This document shows positions 40,690-49,029 of a DNA stretch of 64,000 nucleotides, in pieces. The translations under genes and the position numbers were made by a program. Origin of the DNA: Actinomycetota bacterium (lineage in GTDB: Bacteria > Actinomycetota > Acidimicrobiia > Spongiisociales > UBA11373); the NCBI GenBank assembly GCA_020444505.1, contig JAHLKU010000006.1, positions 3,254 through 67,253 on the forward strand. Direction: 5' to 3'. How positions within the stretch are numbered: the first letter of the stretch is position 1; every line of letters begins with the position of its first letter. A model generated the notes under the pieces. It did no database searches. It was not told where the DNA came from and saw only the letters and a list, made by a program, of their open reading frames with translations.

Positions 40690-41345
40690 AAGAGCCGCAG
40701 CACGTTGGACTCGATCCCCCGCAGGGCGTCGTAGTCCACCTCGACACAGCCGATACCCCGGTCGGCGGCCAGCGTCTTCGCCTGCGGCTTGATCGCCTGG
40801 GCGGCCAGCACTCCCCGCACCGGCGCCAGCAGCGGGTCGCGGTTGAGGAACTCCAGGTAGCGGGTCAGTTGCTCGACGCCGTCGATCTCGCCCCGCCGCT
40901 TGATCTCGACGGCGACCACCTGGCCGTCGGCCGCACGGCACAGCAGGTCGACGGGGCCGATGTCGGTGGCGTACTCCCGCTCCAGCAGGGTCATGCCCTC
41001 CTCGATCTCCCCGGGGTGGTCGGCGAGGAGCACCTGCAGGTCGGCCTCCACGCCGTCCTTGTCGAGGCCGGGGTCGGTGCCGAGGTCGTGGCTCGAGTCG
41101 CTGAGCACCTCCTCCAGGGTGATGACCAGCGTCTCGCCCTTGGGGTTGGTGATCGTCCACCGCCCCTCCCCCTCCTCGACGTGGTTGGGGGCGTTCATCC
41201 AGTTGAGCGGCTTGTAGGAGCCGCCGTCGGCGTGCACCAGCACCGAGCCGTCCGCCTTCACCATGATCAGCCGCACCGCGGAGGGGAGGCGCGCCGACAG
41301 GCGGCCGGCGTAGTCCACGGAACAGCGGGCGACGATGAGGCGCAT
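40686..41345 (-). CDS. nucS: Mismatch-specific endonuclease NucS/EndoMS
   Basis: [44 protein letters not shown]. Confidence 0.96.
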   Translation of the reverse strand: MRLIVARCSVDYAGRLSARLPSAVRLIMVKADGSVLVHADGGSYKPLNWMNAPNHVEEGEGRWTITNPKGETLVITLEEVLSDSSHDLGTDPGLDKDGVEADLQVLLADHPGEIEEGMTLLEREYATDIGPVDLLCRAADGQVVAVEIKRRGEIDGVEQLTRYLEFLNRDPLLAPVRGVLAAQAIKPQAKTLAADRGIGCVEVDYDALRGIESNVLRLF

Positions 41346-41369
41346 GGGGGCCGAGCGTACCGCGCCCGG

Positions 41370-41852
41370 CTAGATCACCTTGTCGCCGATGCCGGCGACC
41401 TGGCGCAGCAGTTCGGCCTGGCCGGTGTGGTAGGTGTCGTGGAAGTAGCGGAAGTGCACCTTGGCGCCGAGCGTCTCGTCGTCGTCGGGGGACACCGGCG
41501 CCGCCAGGCCCTCGGGGCCCAGCGCCCGGACCGCTGCGGCGATCTCCTCACCGCTCCTCCGCAGGCCGTCGAGCAGGCGGCCCAGCGCCAGCACGTCGGG
41601 GCCGTCCTCGAGCACCGGGTCGGACTCGCGGGCGTACCGGGCGGTCTCCGCCGCGGGGACCACCCTGGGGCGCCCCAGCATCTCCAGCACCAGGCCTCGA
41701 CCCTCCAGCAGGTGGCCGAGCACCCAGTTGAGGCAATTGACGGGATACGGGGTCTGCAGCAACGCGTCGGCGTGGGAGAGGCCCTTCGCCTGCGCCTCCA
41801 GGATCCAGGTGTTCCGCTCGAAGCCGTCGGCGAGCAGGCCGGGGTCGATCAC
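41370..41852 (-). CDS. DinB-superfamily protein (putative thiol S-transferase)
   Basis: NWVLGHL and HDTYHTGQ His motifs; start overlaps LysR stop. Confidence 0.85.
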   Translation of the reverse strand: MIDPGLLADGFERNTWILEAQAKGLSHADALLQTPYPVNCLNWVLGHLLEGRGLVLEMLGRPRVVPAAETARYARESDPVLEDGPDVLALGRLLDGLRRSGEEIAAAVRALGPEGLAAPVSPDDDETLGAKVHFRYFHDTYHTGQAELLRQVAGIGDKVI

Positions 41853-42787
41853 GTCGTGCCCGCCAGGTCGGCCCTGCTCCGCAGGTCGGCGTGCTCCTCG
41901 CCGAAGGCGAAGTCCCAGAAGGCGTTGGATGCGGCAGTGCCCGCCACCTCGGGGTTGCGGATCATGTACAGCGTCGTGGTGATCTCCATGCCCTCGACCG
42001 GCACGATCGCCAGGTTGCCGGCCTCCACGGCCTCGGAGGCGACCAGCGTGGAGACGAAGGCAAGGCCCAGCCCCTCCTGGACCGCCATCCGGATGGCCTC
42101 GCTGTTGCCGAGCGTCATCGACAGCGGCAGGTCCTCGGGGGCCAGGTCGTGCCAGGCCAGCGCCTCCCGAACGGCGACGGCGGTGCCCGAGGTGTCCTCC
42201 CGCGAGATGTACCGCTCGGTGGGCAGCTCCTCGGGGAGGACCGGCGCGGTGCGGGTGGCCCACGGGTGGTCGACCGGAGCGATGAGCCCGATGCGGTCGG
42301 TCATGAACGGGCGGTACTCCAGGCCCCGCACCGACTCGAGCACGCTGGCCAGGCCGATGTGGGCCTCGCCGTCGGCGAGGCGGCCGATCGCCACCGCGCG
42401 CGGCACGACGAGGCAGGTGGTCTCCACCTGGGGGTGCGCCTCCTGGAAGCGGGCGAGGAGGCGGGGCAGGACGTACTTCCCGGCGGTGGTGGTGCAGACC
42501 AGGCGCAGCGCGCCGATCACCTCGCCCATGATGGAGGCCATCGCCTCCTGCATCGACACCGCCCGGTGCGTGAGGTCGCGGGCCATGGGGATGAGCGCCT
42601 CGCCGGCCTCGGTGAGGGCGACGCTGCGGCCCGAGCGCTGGAACAGGTCCACCCCGAGCTGCTCCTCCAGCGACCGGATCTGCATGCTCACCGCCGGTTG
42701 GGAGATGCCGACGCGGCGGGCGGTCTCGGAGAAGTTCTCGGTCTCGGCGGCGACCAGGAAGACACGGAGCTCGGAGAGCGACAGCAT
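41849..42787 (-). CDS. LysR-family regulator, CysL-like substrate-binding domain
   Basis: FSETARRVGISQPAVSMQIRSLE HTH; REDTSGT; SEAIRMAVQEGLG. Confidence 0.92.
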   Translation of the reverse strand: MLSLSELRVFLVAAETENFSETARRVGISQPAVSMQIRSLEEQLGVDLFQRSGRSVALTEAGEALIPMARDLTHRAVSMQEAMASIMGEVIGALRLVCTTTAGKYVLPRLLARFQEAHPQVETTCLVVPRAVAIGRLADGEAHIGLASVLESVRGLEYRPFMTDRIGLIAPVDHPWATRTAPVLPEELPTERYISREDTSGTAVAVREALAWHDLAPEDLPLSMTLGNSEAIRMAVQEGLGLAFVSTLVASEAVEAGNLAIVPVEGMEITTTLYMIRNPEVAGTAASNAFWDFAFGEEHADLRSRADLAGTT

Positions 42788-42827
42788 AACGATTCCAAGG
42801 ATATCAGCCCGTCACCGGTCATCTCAC

Positions 42828-42856
42828 GTTATCGACTGTAAGGGCGGCCTGATAAC
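42828..42856. promoter_or_regulatory. Inverted repeat GTTATC-N17-GATAAC, putative LysR site in divergent promoter
   Basis: Perfect 6-bp AT-rich inverted repeat between lysR and the octaheme gene. Confidence 0.4.
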
Positions 42857-42952
42857 CAGACGGGATGCTCATACGAGGTCACTAGCATGGCCCCTGATAC
42901 GTGGGGGATGACGACATCGTGTCGCCATCCCGGGACCGACAGAGAGGTGCGC

Positions 42953-44668
42953 ATGTCGAAGAAGATGCCCCGCTGGGGCGGCGTCGTGGTCGCCGCCGCT
43001 GCGGCCGCGGTCGTCCTCGTGCTCGGGGTCGTGGCCGCAGGCGCCCAGGACGGCGGGACGATGGACCATTCCCAGCTCCCCCAGTTGGCCGGCCCGTTCG
43101 AGACCGGCCCGGACGTCACCGCCGCCTGCCTGCAGTGCCATGCCGGCGTCGGGGAGGACATCCTCCACACCGTCCACTGGACGTGGGAGTACGAGAGCGA
43201 AGCCACGGGCGAGACCTACGGCAAGCGCAACGTGATCAACAACTACTGCGTGTCGGTGGCGCCCAACGAGCCGCGCTGCACCAGTTGCCACATCGGCTAC
43301 GGCTGGACCGGTGACGACTTCGACTTCGGCGACGCAGGCAACATCGACTGCCTGGCCTGCCACGACACCACCGGCACCTACAAGAAGTTCCCGACCGCCG
43401 CCGGCCACCCGGTCTACGGCGACCCGGTGCTCTTCAACGGCACCGAGTGGACGGCGCCCGACCTGGCGGCCGTCGCCCAGAACGTCGGGGAGCCGAGCCG
43501 CACCAACTGCGGCTCGTGCCACTTCACCGGCGGCGGCGGGGACGCCGTCAAGCACGGCGACCTCGACACCAGCCTCGCTGCGCCGGACCGCTCGCTCGAC
43601 GTCCACATGGCCGTCGACGGCGCCGACATGTCGTGCCAGACCTGCCACGTCACCACCGACCATGCCATCGCCGGCAGCCGCTACGTGGGCGACGAGCACA
43701 CCGGCGGCGCGGCCCAGTGCTCGACGTGCCACACCGACGCCCCGCACGGCGACGAGGTCCTCAACACCCACGCCGAGAAGGTCGCCTGCCAGACGTGCCA
43801 CATCCCCGAGTACGCCCGGGCGCAGCCCACCAAGATGACCTGGGACTGGACCACCGCCGGCACCCCCACCGACGAGGGCACCCAGCCCAACGTCATCACC
43901 GACGAGGCCACCGGCAAGGTGATCTACGACAGCCGCAAGGGCTCGTTCACCTGGGAGGCCGACGTCGTCCCGGTGTACCTGTGGAGCAACGGCGTGTACG
44001 ACTACTCGCTGCCGGAGGAGGGCGTGGACCCCGGCACCGGGTTCATCATCAACGAGGCGCTCGGCGGCCGCGGCGACGGGAAGATCTGGCCCTACAAGCT
44101 GTTCACCGGGACCCAGCCCTACGACGCCGGCAACGACACGATCGCCCCGCTCAACCTGTTCCCCAAGAACGAGGAGGACGGCGCGACGGCGTTCTGGAAG
44201 AACTGGGACATGACGCTCGCCGTCGAGGGCGGCATGGCGGCATGGGGCCTGCCGTTCAGCGGGGAGATCGGTGACATCGACAGCGAGATGCTGTGGCCCA
44301 TCACCCACATGGTCGCCCCTGCGAGCGACGCGCTCGGCTGCACCGACTGCCACGCCGCCGAGGGCAGGCTCGACTGGGTGGCGCTGGGCTACACCGCAGA
44401 CGAGGCCGAGGGGCTCGGGGCCTTCCCGCCCACGCTGGGCGCCCCGGAGACCACGACCACCACCGAGGCCGCCGCCACCACCACCACCGAAGCAGCCACG
44501 ACCACCACGGAGGCCGCCACCACCACGGAGGCGGCCACGACCACCACGGTCGTGGCGATGGACGACGAGGGCGGCGGGAGCGGGCCGATGCCGCTGGTGC
44601 TGCTCATCGCCGGGCTGGTGCTGCTGGCCGCCGCCGGGGGCTACGCCCTCGGCACCCGGGAGCGGTAG
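42953..44668 (+). CDS. otr: Octaheme c-type cytochrome, tetrathionate reductase (OTR) family, with Thr-rich stalk and C-terminal TM anchor
   Basis: Eight CxxCH motifs (CLQCH, CTSCH, CLACH, CGSCH, CQTCH, CSTCH, CQTCH, CTDCH); HWTW, GKRNVINNYC, GGGDAVKHGDLD, HMVAP; signal peptide. Confidence 0.92.
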   Translation: MSKKMPRWGGVVVAAAAAAVVLVLGVVAAGAQDGGTMDHSQLPQLAGPFETGPDVTAACLQCHAGVGEDILHTVHWTWEYESEATGETYGKRNVINNYCVSVAPNEPRCTSCHIGYGWTGDDFDFGDAGNIDCLACHDTTGTYKKFPTAAGHPVYGDPVLFNGTEWTAPDLAAVAQNVGEPSRTNCGSCHFTGGGGDAVKHGDLDTSLAAPDRSLDVHMAVDGADMSCQTCHVTTDHAIAGSRYVGDEHTGGAAQCSTCHTDAPHGDEVLNTHAEKVACQTCHIPEYARAQPTKMTWDWTTAGTPTDEGTQPNVITDEATGKVIYDSRKGSFTWEADVVPVYLWSNGVYDYSLPEEGVDPGTGFIINEALGGRGDGKIWPYKLFTGTQPYDAGNDTIAPLNLFPKNEEDGATAFWKNWDMTLAVEGGMAAWGLPFSGEIGDIDSEMLWPITHMVAPASDALGCTDCHAAEGRLDWVALGYTADEAEGLGAFPPTLGAPETTTTTEAAATTTTEAATTTTEAATTTEAATTTTVVAMDDEGGGSGPMPLVLLIAGLVLLAAAGGYALGTRER

Positions 44669-44695
44669 CCCCGCTCCCCCGACACCGCACCACGT

Positions 44696-44726
44696 GCGAG
44701 GGCCCCCCGAACCGGGGGGCCCTCGC
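44696..44726. terminator. Hairpin between convergent otr and sufB (probable bidirectional terminator)
   Basis: GCGAGGGCCCCCC-gaacc-GGGGGGCCCTCGC, perfect 13-bp stem. Confidence 0.75.
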
Positions 44727-44749
44727 CATTCGGCACGCGAACCGAACCC

Positions 44750-46153
44750 TCAGCCGACCGAGCCCTCCATCTGCAGTTCGATGAGGCGGTTGAGCTCGAC
44801 GGCGTACTCCATCGGCAGCTCCTTGACGATCGGCTCGATGAACCCGGCGACGATCATCGCCGTCGCCTCCTCCTCGGTGAGCCCCCGGCTCATGAGATAG
44901 AACAGCTGGTCGTCGCCGACCTTGGAGACCGTGGCCTCGTGGCCGATCTGGGCGTTGGCCTCCTCGATCTCCATGTACGGGTAGGTGTCGGAGCGGCTGT
45001 CCTCGTCGAGGATCAGCGCGTCGCAACGGACGAACGACTTCACGTCGCCGGCGTGCTCCTCCACCCGCAGCAGGCCCCGGTACCCGGCCCGCCCGCCGTC
45101 CTTGGAGATGGACTTCGACGTGATCAGCGACGTCGTGTGGGGGGCGGCGTGGACGATCTTGGCCCCGGCGTCCTGGTGCTGGCCCTTCCCGGCGAAGGCG
45201 ATGGAGAGCACCTCGCCGTGGGCGCCTTCCTCCATCAGCCAGACGGCCGGGTACTTCATGGTCAGCTTGGACCCCAGGTTGCCGTCGACCCACTCCATCG
45301 TGGCGTTGCGGTAGGCGACGGCCCGCTTGGTCACCAGGTTGTAGACGTTGTCCGACCAGTTCTGGATGGTGGTGTAGCGGCACCTGCCGCCTTCCTTCAC
45401 CACGATCTCCACGACGGCGGCGTGCAGCGAGTCGCTGGAGTACACCGGGGCCGAGCAACCCTCCACGTAGTGGCAGTAGGCGCCCTCGTCCACGATGATC
45501 AGCGTCCGCTCGAACTGCCCCATGTTCTCGGCGTTGATGCGGAAGTACGCCTGGAGCGGCTGGTCCAGGTGGACGCCCGGCGGCACGTAGATGAACGACC
45601 CGCCCGACCACACGGCCGAGTTGAGGGCGGCGTACTTGTTGTCGTTGGGCGGGATGATCGTCCCGAAGTACTCCCGGACGATCTCGGGGTACTCCCGGAG
45701 CGCCGTGTCCATGTCGCAGAACAGGACGCCCAGCGCCTCGAGGTCCTCGCGGTTGCGGTGGTAGACGACCTCCGACTCGTACTGGGCCGTGACGCCGGCG
45801 AGGTACTTGCGCTCGGCCTCGGGGATGCCCAGCTTCTCGTACGTGGCCTTGATGCTCTGCGGGACCATGTCCCAGTCCTTCACCTGGCCCTCGGTCGGCT
45901 TGATGTAGTAGTAGATGTCGTCGAAGTCGATGGTCTCCAGCAGGCCGCCGCCGCCCCAGGAGGGGGTCGGCTTCTTCAGGAAGCGCCGGTACGCCTTGAG
46001 CCGGAACTCGAGCATCCACTCGGGCTCGCCCTTCATCGCCGACATCTCGCGGATGATCTCCTCGTTCAGGCCCTTGCGGGGCTTGAAGACGTAGTCCTCC
46101 TCGTCGTGCCAGCCGAGGGAGTACTTGCCGAGATCGAGATCGACGGTGCTCAT
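44750..46153 (-). CDS. sufB: Fe-S assembly scaffold SufB
   Basis: [58 protein letters not shown]. Confidence 0.97.
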   Translation of the reverse strand: MSTVDLDLGKYSLGWHDEEDYVFKPRKGLNEEIIREMSAMKGEPEWMLEFRLKAYRRFLKKPTPSWGGGGLLETIDFDDIYYYIKPTEGQVKDWDMVPQSIKATYEKLGIPEAERKYLAGVTAQYESEVVYHRNREDLEALGVLFCDMDTALREYPEIVREYFGTIIPPNDNKYAALNSAVWSGGSFIYVPPGVHLDQPLQAYFRINAENMGQFERTLIIVDEGAYCHYVEGCSAPVYSSDSLHAAVVEIVVKEGGRCRYTTIQNWSDNVYNLVTKRAVAYRNATMEWVDGNLGSKLTMKYPAVWLMEEGAHGEVLSIAFAGKGQHQDAGAKIVHAAPHTTSLITSKSISKDGGRAGYRGLLRVEEHAGDVKSFVRCDALILDEDSRSDTYPYMEIEEANAQIGHEATVSKVGDDQLFYLMSRGLTEEEATAMIVAGFIEPIVKELPMEYAVELNRLIELQMEGSVG

Positions 46154-46341
46154 GTCTGTTCCACGCTCCTCCAGGACCGAGGGCGGATTGTGTCACGCGC
46201 CGGGGCCCCACTCAACCCCCAAACACCTGCGGTGGCGCCGGACCCGCGTGGGGGAGTGGGGGAAGACCGACCCGTGTCCGGCGCCAACCGCCCTCTCATT
46301 GAACCACCGGCCCGGGGCTATGCAGACCCTATCCTCGGCGC

Positions 46342-46764
46342 ATGCCGGTGATCGTCGTGGGCGCGGGGTGCCCGCTGGGCAAGGCCGTGGTCGAGGCACT
46401 GCAGCCGCACCTGCGGGAGGTGAGGGCGTTCGTCGCCGACGCCGCGGCCCCCGCCGGCGCAGCGTTGCGGGCCGCCGGCGCCCGGGTCGCCATCGGCGAT
46501 CCGGCCGACGCCTCCCACGTCGCGGCGGCCGCCGACGGCGCCTTCACCGCAGTGCTGCTGGCGGACGAGGCCCCCTCCCCCGGCGCGCTGCGCGGGTGGG
46601 CGGAGGCGGTGGCCGAGGCCGGGGTCACCCGTTCGCTGTGGGTGGGCGGCGCACCCGACGAGGGCCCGCCGACCCCGGAGTCGGCCGAGGTGGCCGCCGC
46701 CGGCAGGCCGCTCGGGGAGGTCGCCGCCGAGGTCGTGGCACTCGACGACCGCGCCGCGCTCTGA
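46342..46764 (+). CDS. Short NAD(P)-binding Rossmann-like (NmrA-like) protein
   Basis: VIVVGAGCPLGKAVV, VRAFV, VAIGD; only 140 aa; TATCCT 6 nt before ATG. Confidence 0.6.
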   Translation: MPVIVVGAGCPLGKAVVEALQPHLREVRAFVADAAAPAGAALRAAGARVAIGDPADASHVAAAADGAFTAVLLADEAPSPGALRGWAEAVAEAGVTRSLWVGGAPDEGPPTPESAEVAAAGRPLGEVAAEVVALDDRAAL

Positions 46765-46768
46765 GCGC

Positions 46769-47827
46769 CTAGACCTCGCGGAACAGGTACGGGCGGATCA
46801 CGTCGATCCGGTCCTCGAAGCCGTCGGGGTGCAGGTACCAGAGCGTGGCGGCCAGCGACGACAGCAGGGCGTTGCCGTCCTGGGGGGTGAAGCAGAACCC
46901 CACCAGTTCGTTGCCGTTGCGGACGGTCAGGGTCTCGAACGGCACCACCGTCTGGCTGAGGATGCGGCCGAAGTGTCCGTGGTCCCGACCGAACGAGAAC
47001 ACCTGGTTGGCGGACCGCTTGTAGGTCAGGGCGATCCGGGGATTGGCCCGCAACCGGTCGATCGCCTCGTCCACCGTGGCCTCGCGGTCCAGCACCAGGC
47101 TGAAGTGGAGCGCGTGCATGTACTGGGTGTTCAGCTTCACCGCCGAGGAGAACACCGGCAGGTCGTGGCCCAGGGTGGCGAACAACCCGTGGGCGTCGCG
47201 GGCGTGGTGGGTGCCGAAGCGCTCGTCGCCGTGCCCGCCCACGGTGGGGCTCGGGGCGAACGAGCCGTCCTGGCTGATGTCGTTCGCTCGCCGCATGCAG
47301 AGGAAGCGGCCGTTCTCCAGGTGCGAGGTGCCGTCGGGGTCGAACGCCAGCGACTTGATCAGCACCGCGATGTTGTGGGTGTTGCACGACACCACGTGGA
47401 TGAAGCGGTCCTCGCCCCGCACCAGCGCCTCGTCGTTGATGCCGCGGGCGTACATCTTCCCGAAGCCGTACTCCGAGCCCTGGGCGAGGAAGCCGAGCGG
47501 GCCGTCGGCGTGCTCGTACACCTCGGCCTTGTTGGTGTTCCCCGCCGGCGTGCAGTCGATGACCACCGTCGCCCGATCGATCGCCTCCCGGGCATCGAGC
47601 CCGGGCTCGAGGCCGATCTCCCGGAAGCCATCCACCGCGCCCTCGTCCACGGCCAGCGTCGCCCCCCGCCGCAGCAGGTCGGCGACCTTGGCCCGCTCGT
47701 GGCGCAGCGGCGTGCGCTTGTGGAAGGTGACCTCGTCGATCCCGAAGGCGTCCCGATCGTCTTCGAGCAGCCCGATCAGCGGCTCACCGATCGTGCCGGT
47801 TCCGACGACGTGGACGATGTTGGGCAT
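46769..47827 (-). CDS. Type II (archaeal-like) glyceraldehyde-3-phosphate dehydrogenase homologue
   Basis: VVGTGTIG, DCTP, QGSE, VVSCNTHN, RRAND, HHARD, TQYMH; RBS GGAGGAGG. Confidence 0.75.
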   Translation of the reverse strand: MPNIVHVVGTGTIGEPLIGLLEDDRDAFGIDEVTFHKRTPLRHERAKVADLLRRGATLAVDEGAVDGFREIGLEPGLDAREAIDRATVVIDCTPAGNTNKAEVYEHADGPLGFLAQGSEYGFGKMYARGINDEALVRGEDRFIHVVSCNTHNIAVLIKSLAFDPDGTSHLENGRFLCMRRANDISQDGSFAPSPTVGGHGDERFGTHHARDAHGLFATLGHDLPVFSSAVKLNTQYMHALHFSLVLDREATVDEAIDRLRANPRIALTYKRSANQVFSFGRDHGHFGRILSQTVVPFETLTVRNGNELVGFCFTPQDGNALLSSLAATLWYLHPDGFEDRIDVIRPYLFREV

Positions 47828-47901
47828 GGGTGTCCTCCTCCCGGGGCCCGCCCGACGGGCCGACCTCATGCTACGTGGCGGTCCGCAGCCGCCGGCGGCT
47901 C

Positions 47902-49029
47902 CTACGCCGGCACCCCCAGCGCCTCGGCCAGCATGCCGGCCGCCTCCGGCGGCGTCGTGGCGTGGGGCGACAGGCGCACCCAGTCGCCGCGATGGGACAC
48001 GATGAGCCCGGCGTCGAGCAGATGGGCGGTCGTCGCCGCCGGCTCCGCCCCCGGCAACCGGAAGCAGAGGATCCCGGCCCGTTCCGCCGGCGACGCCCAG
48101 GGTGCGCGGATGTCCGCCCCGGCCCGGCGCAGTACCTGCTCGAGTTCGGCCACCCGGTGGTGCACGACCGTGGAGATCGCCTCGATCCCGGCGAGGCCGG
48201 CCACCTCCACCGCCGCGGCAAACTGAAAGGCGCCCACGATCGGCGGCGTCCCCTCCTGGTACCGGCCCGCCCCTGCGGCGGCGGGGTGGGGAGGAGGGAC
48301 GGCCGTAGCCATGGGCTCCTCCACGCCGAGCCACCCGCACAGCGCCGGCGACAGGCGATCCAGGGCACGGTCGGACACCGCCATCACCCCGCTCCCCCAG
48401 CCGGCCCGCATCCACTTCTGCCCTCCGGCGACCATCACGTCGGCGGGCCCGATCCCACGGTGCACCGCCCCCAGGCCCTGGATGGCGTCCACCACCAGCA
48501 GCGCGTCCCCTGCTGCCTCCCGCATCCCGTCGAGATCCGCCCGGAAGCCGGTCTCGAACCCGACCAGGCTGAGCGCCACCGCCCGGGTCGCGCCGTCCAC
48601 CGCGGCGGCCACCACGTCCGGGGTCAGCCGCCCCCCGGGCGCCTCGACCCATCGCACCTCGGGCCCGCCCGCCTCGGCCGCCCGGAGCCACGGGTACACG
48701 TTGGCGGGGAACTCCCCGGCGGGCACGACGACGTTGCCGCCGCTCCCGAGGAGCCCGAACGCCACCTGGAACAACCCCGCCGACGTCATGGGCAGCGGGG
48801 TGGCATGCGTCGCCGGCACACCCATGAAGCCGGCGATCGCGCCGACCGCCTCCTCGTAGCGGGGCAGGATCGCGTCCGCCAGCGCGCCTTCGGCGGAGGC
48901 GATCTCGGCCAGCAGGGCGTCGACGACGGATCGCACCCGGCGGGACACGGGCCCGATGGAGGCGTAGTTGACGTACCCGGCTGGCTCGGAGAACTCGTCC
49001 AGGTAGGCGTCGGGCAGCAGGCTCATCAC
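47902..49029 (-). CDS. Class V PLP-dependent aminotransferase/lyase
   Basis: YVNYASIGP, EFPANVYPW, DAIQGLG, GGQKWM, RLSPH. Confidence 0.88.
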   Translation of the reverse strand: MMSLLPDAYLDEFSEPAGYVNYASIGPVSRRVRSVVDALLAEIASAEGALADAILPRYEEAVGAIAGFMGVPATHATPLPMTSAGLFQVAFGLLGSGGNVVVPAGEFPANVYPWLRAAEAGGPEVRWVEAPGGRLTPDVVAAAVDGATRAVALSLVGFETGFRADLDGMREAAGDALLVVDAIQGLGAVHRGIGPADVMVAGGQKWMRAGWGSGVMAVSDRALDRLSPALCGWLGVEEPMATAVPPPHPAAAGAGRYQEGTPPIVGAFQFAAAVEVAGLAGIEAISTVVHHRVAELEQVLRRAGADIRAPWASPAERAGILCFRLPGAEPAATTAHLLDAGLIVSHRGDWVRLSPHATTPPEAAGMLAEALGVPA

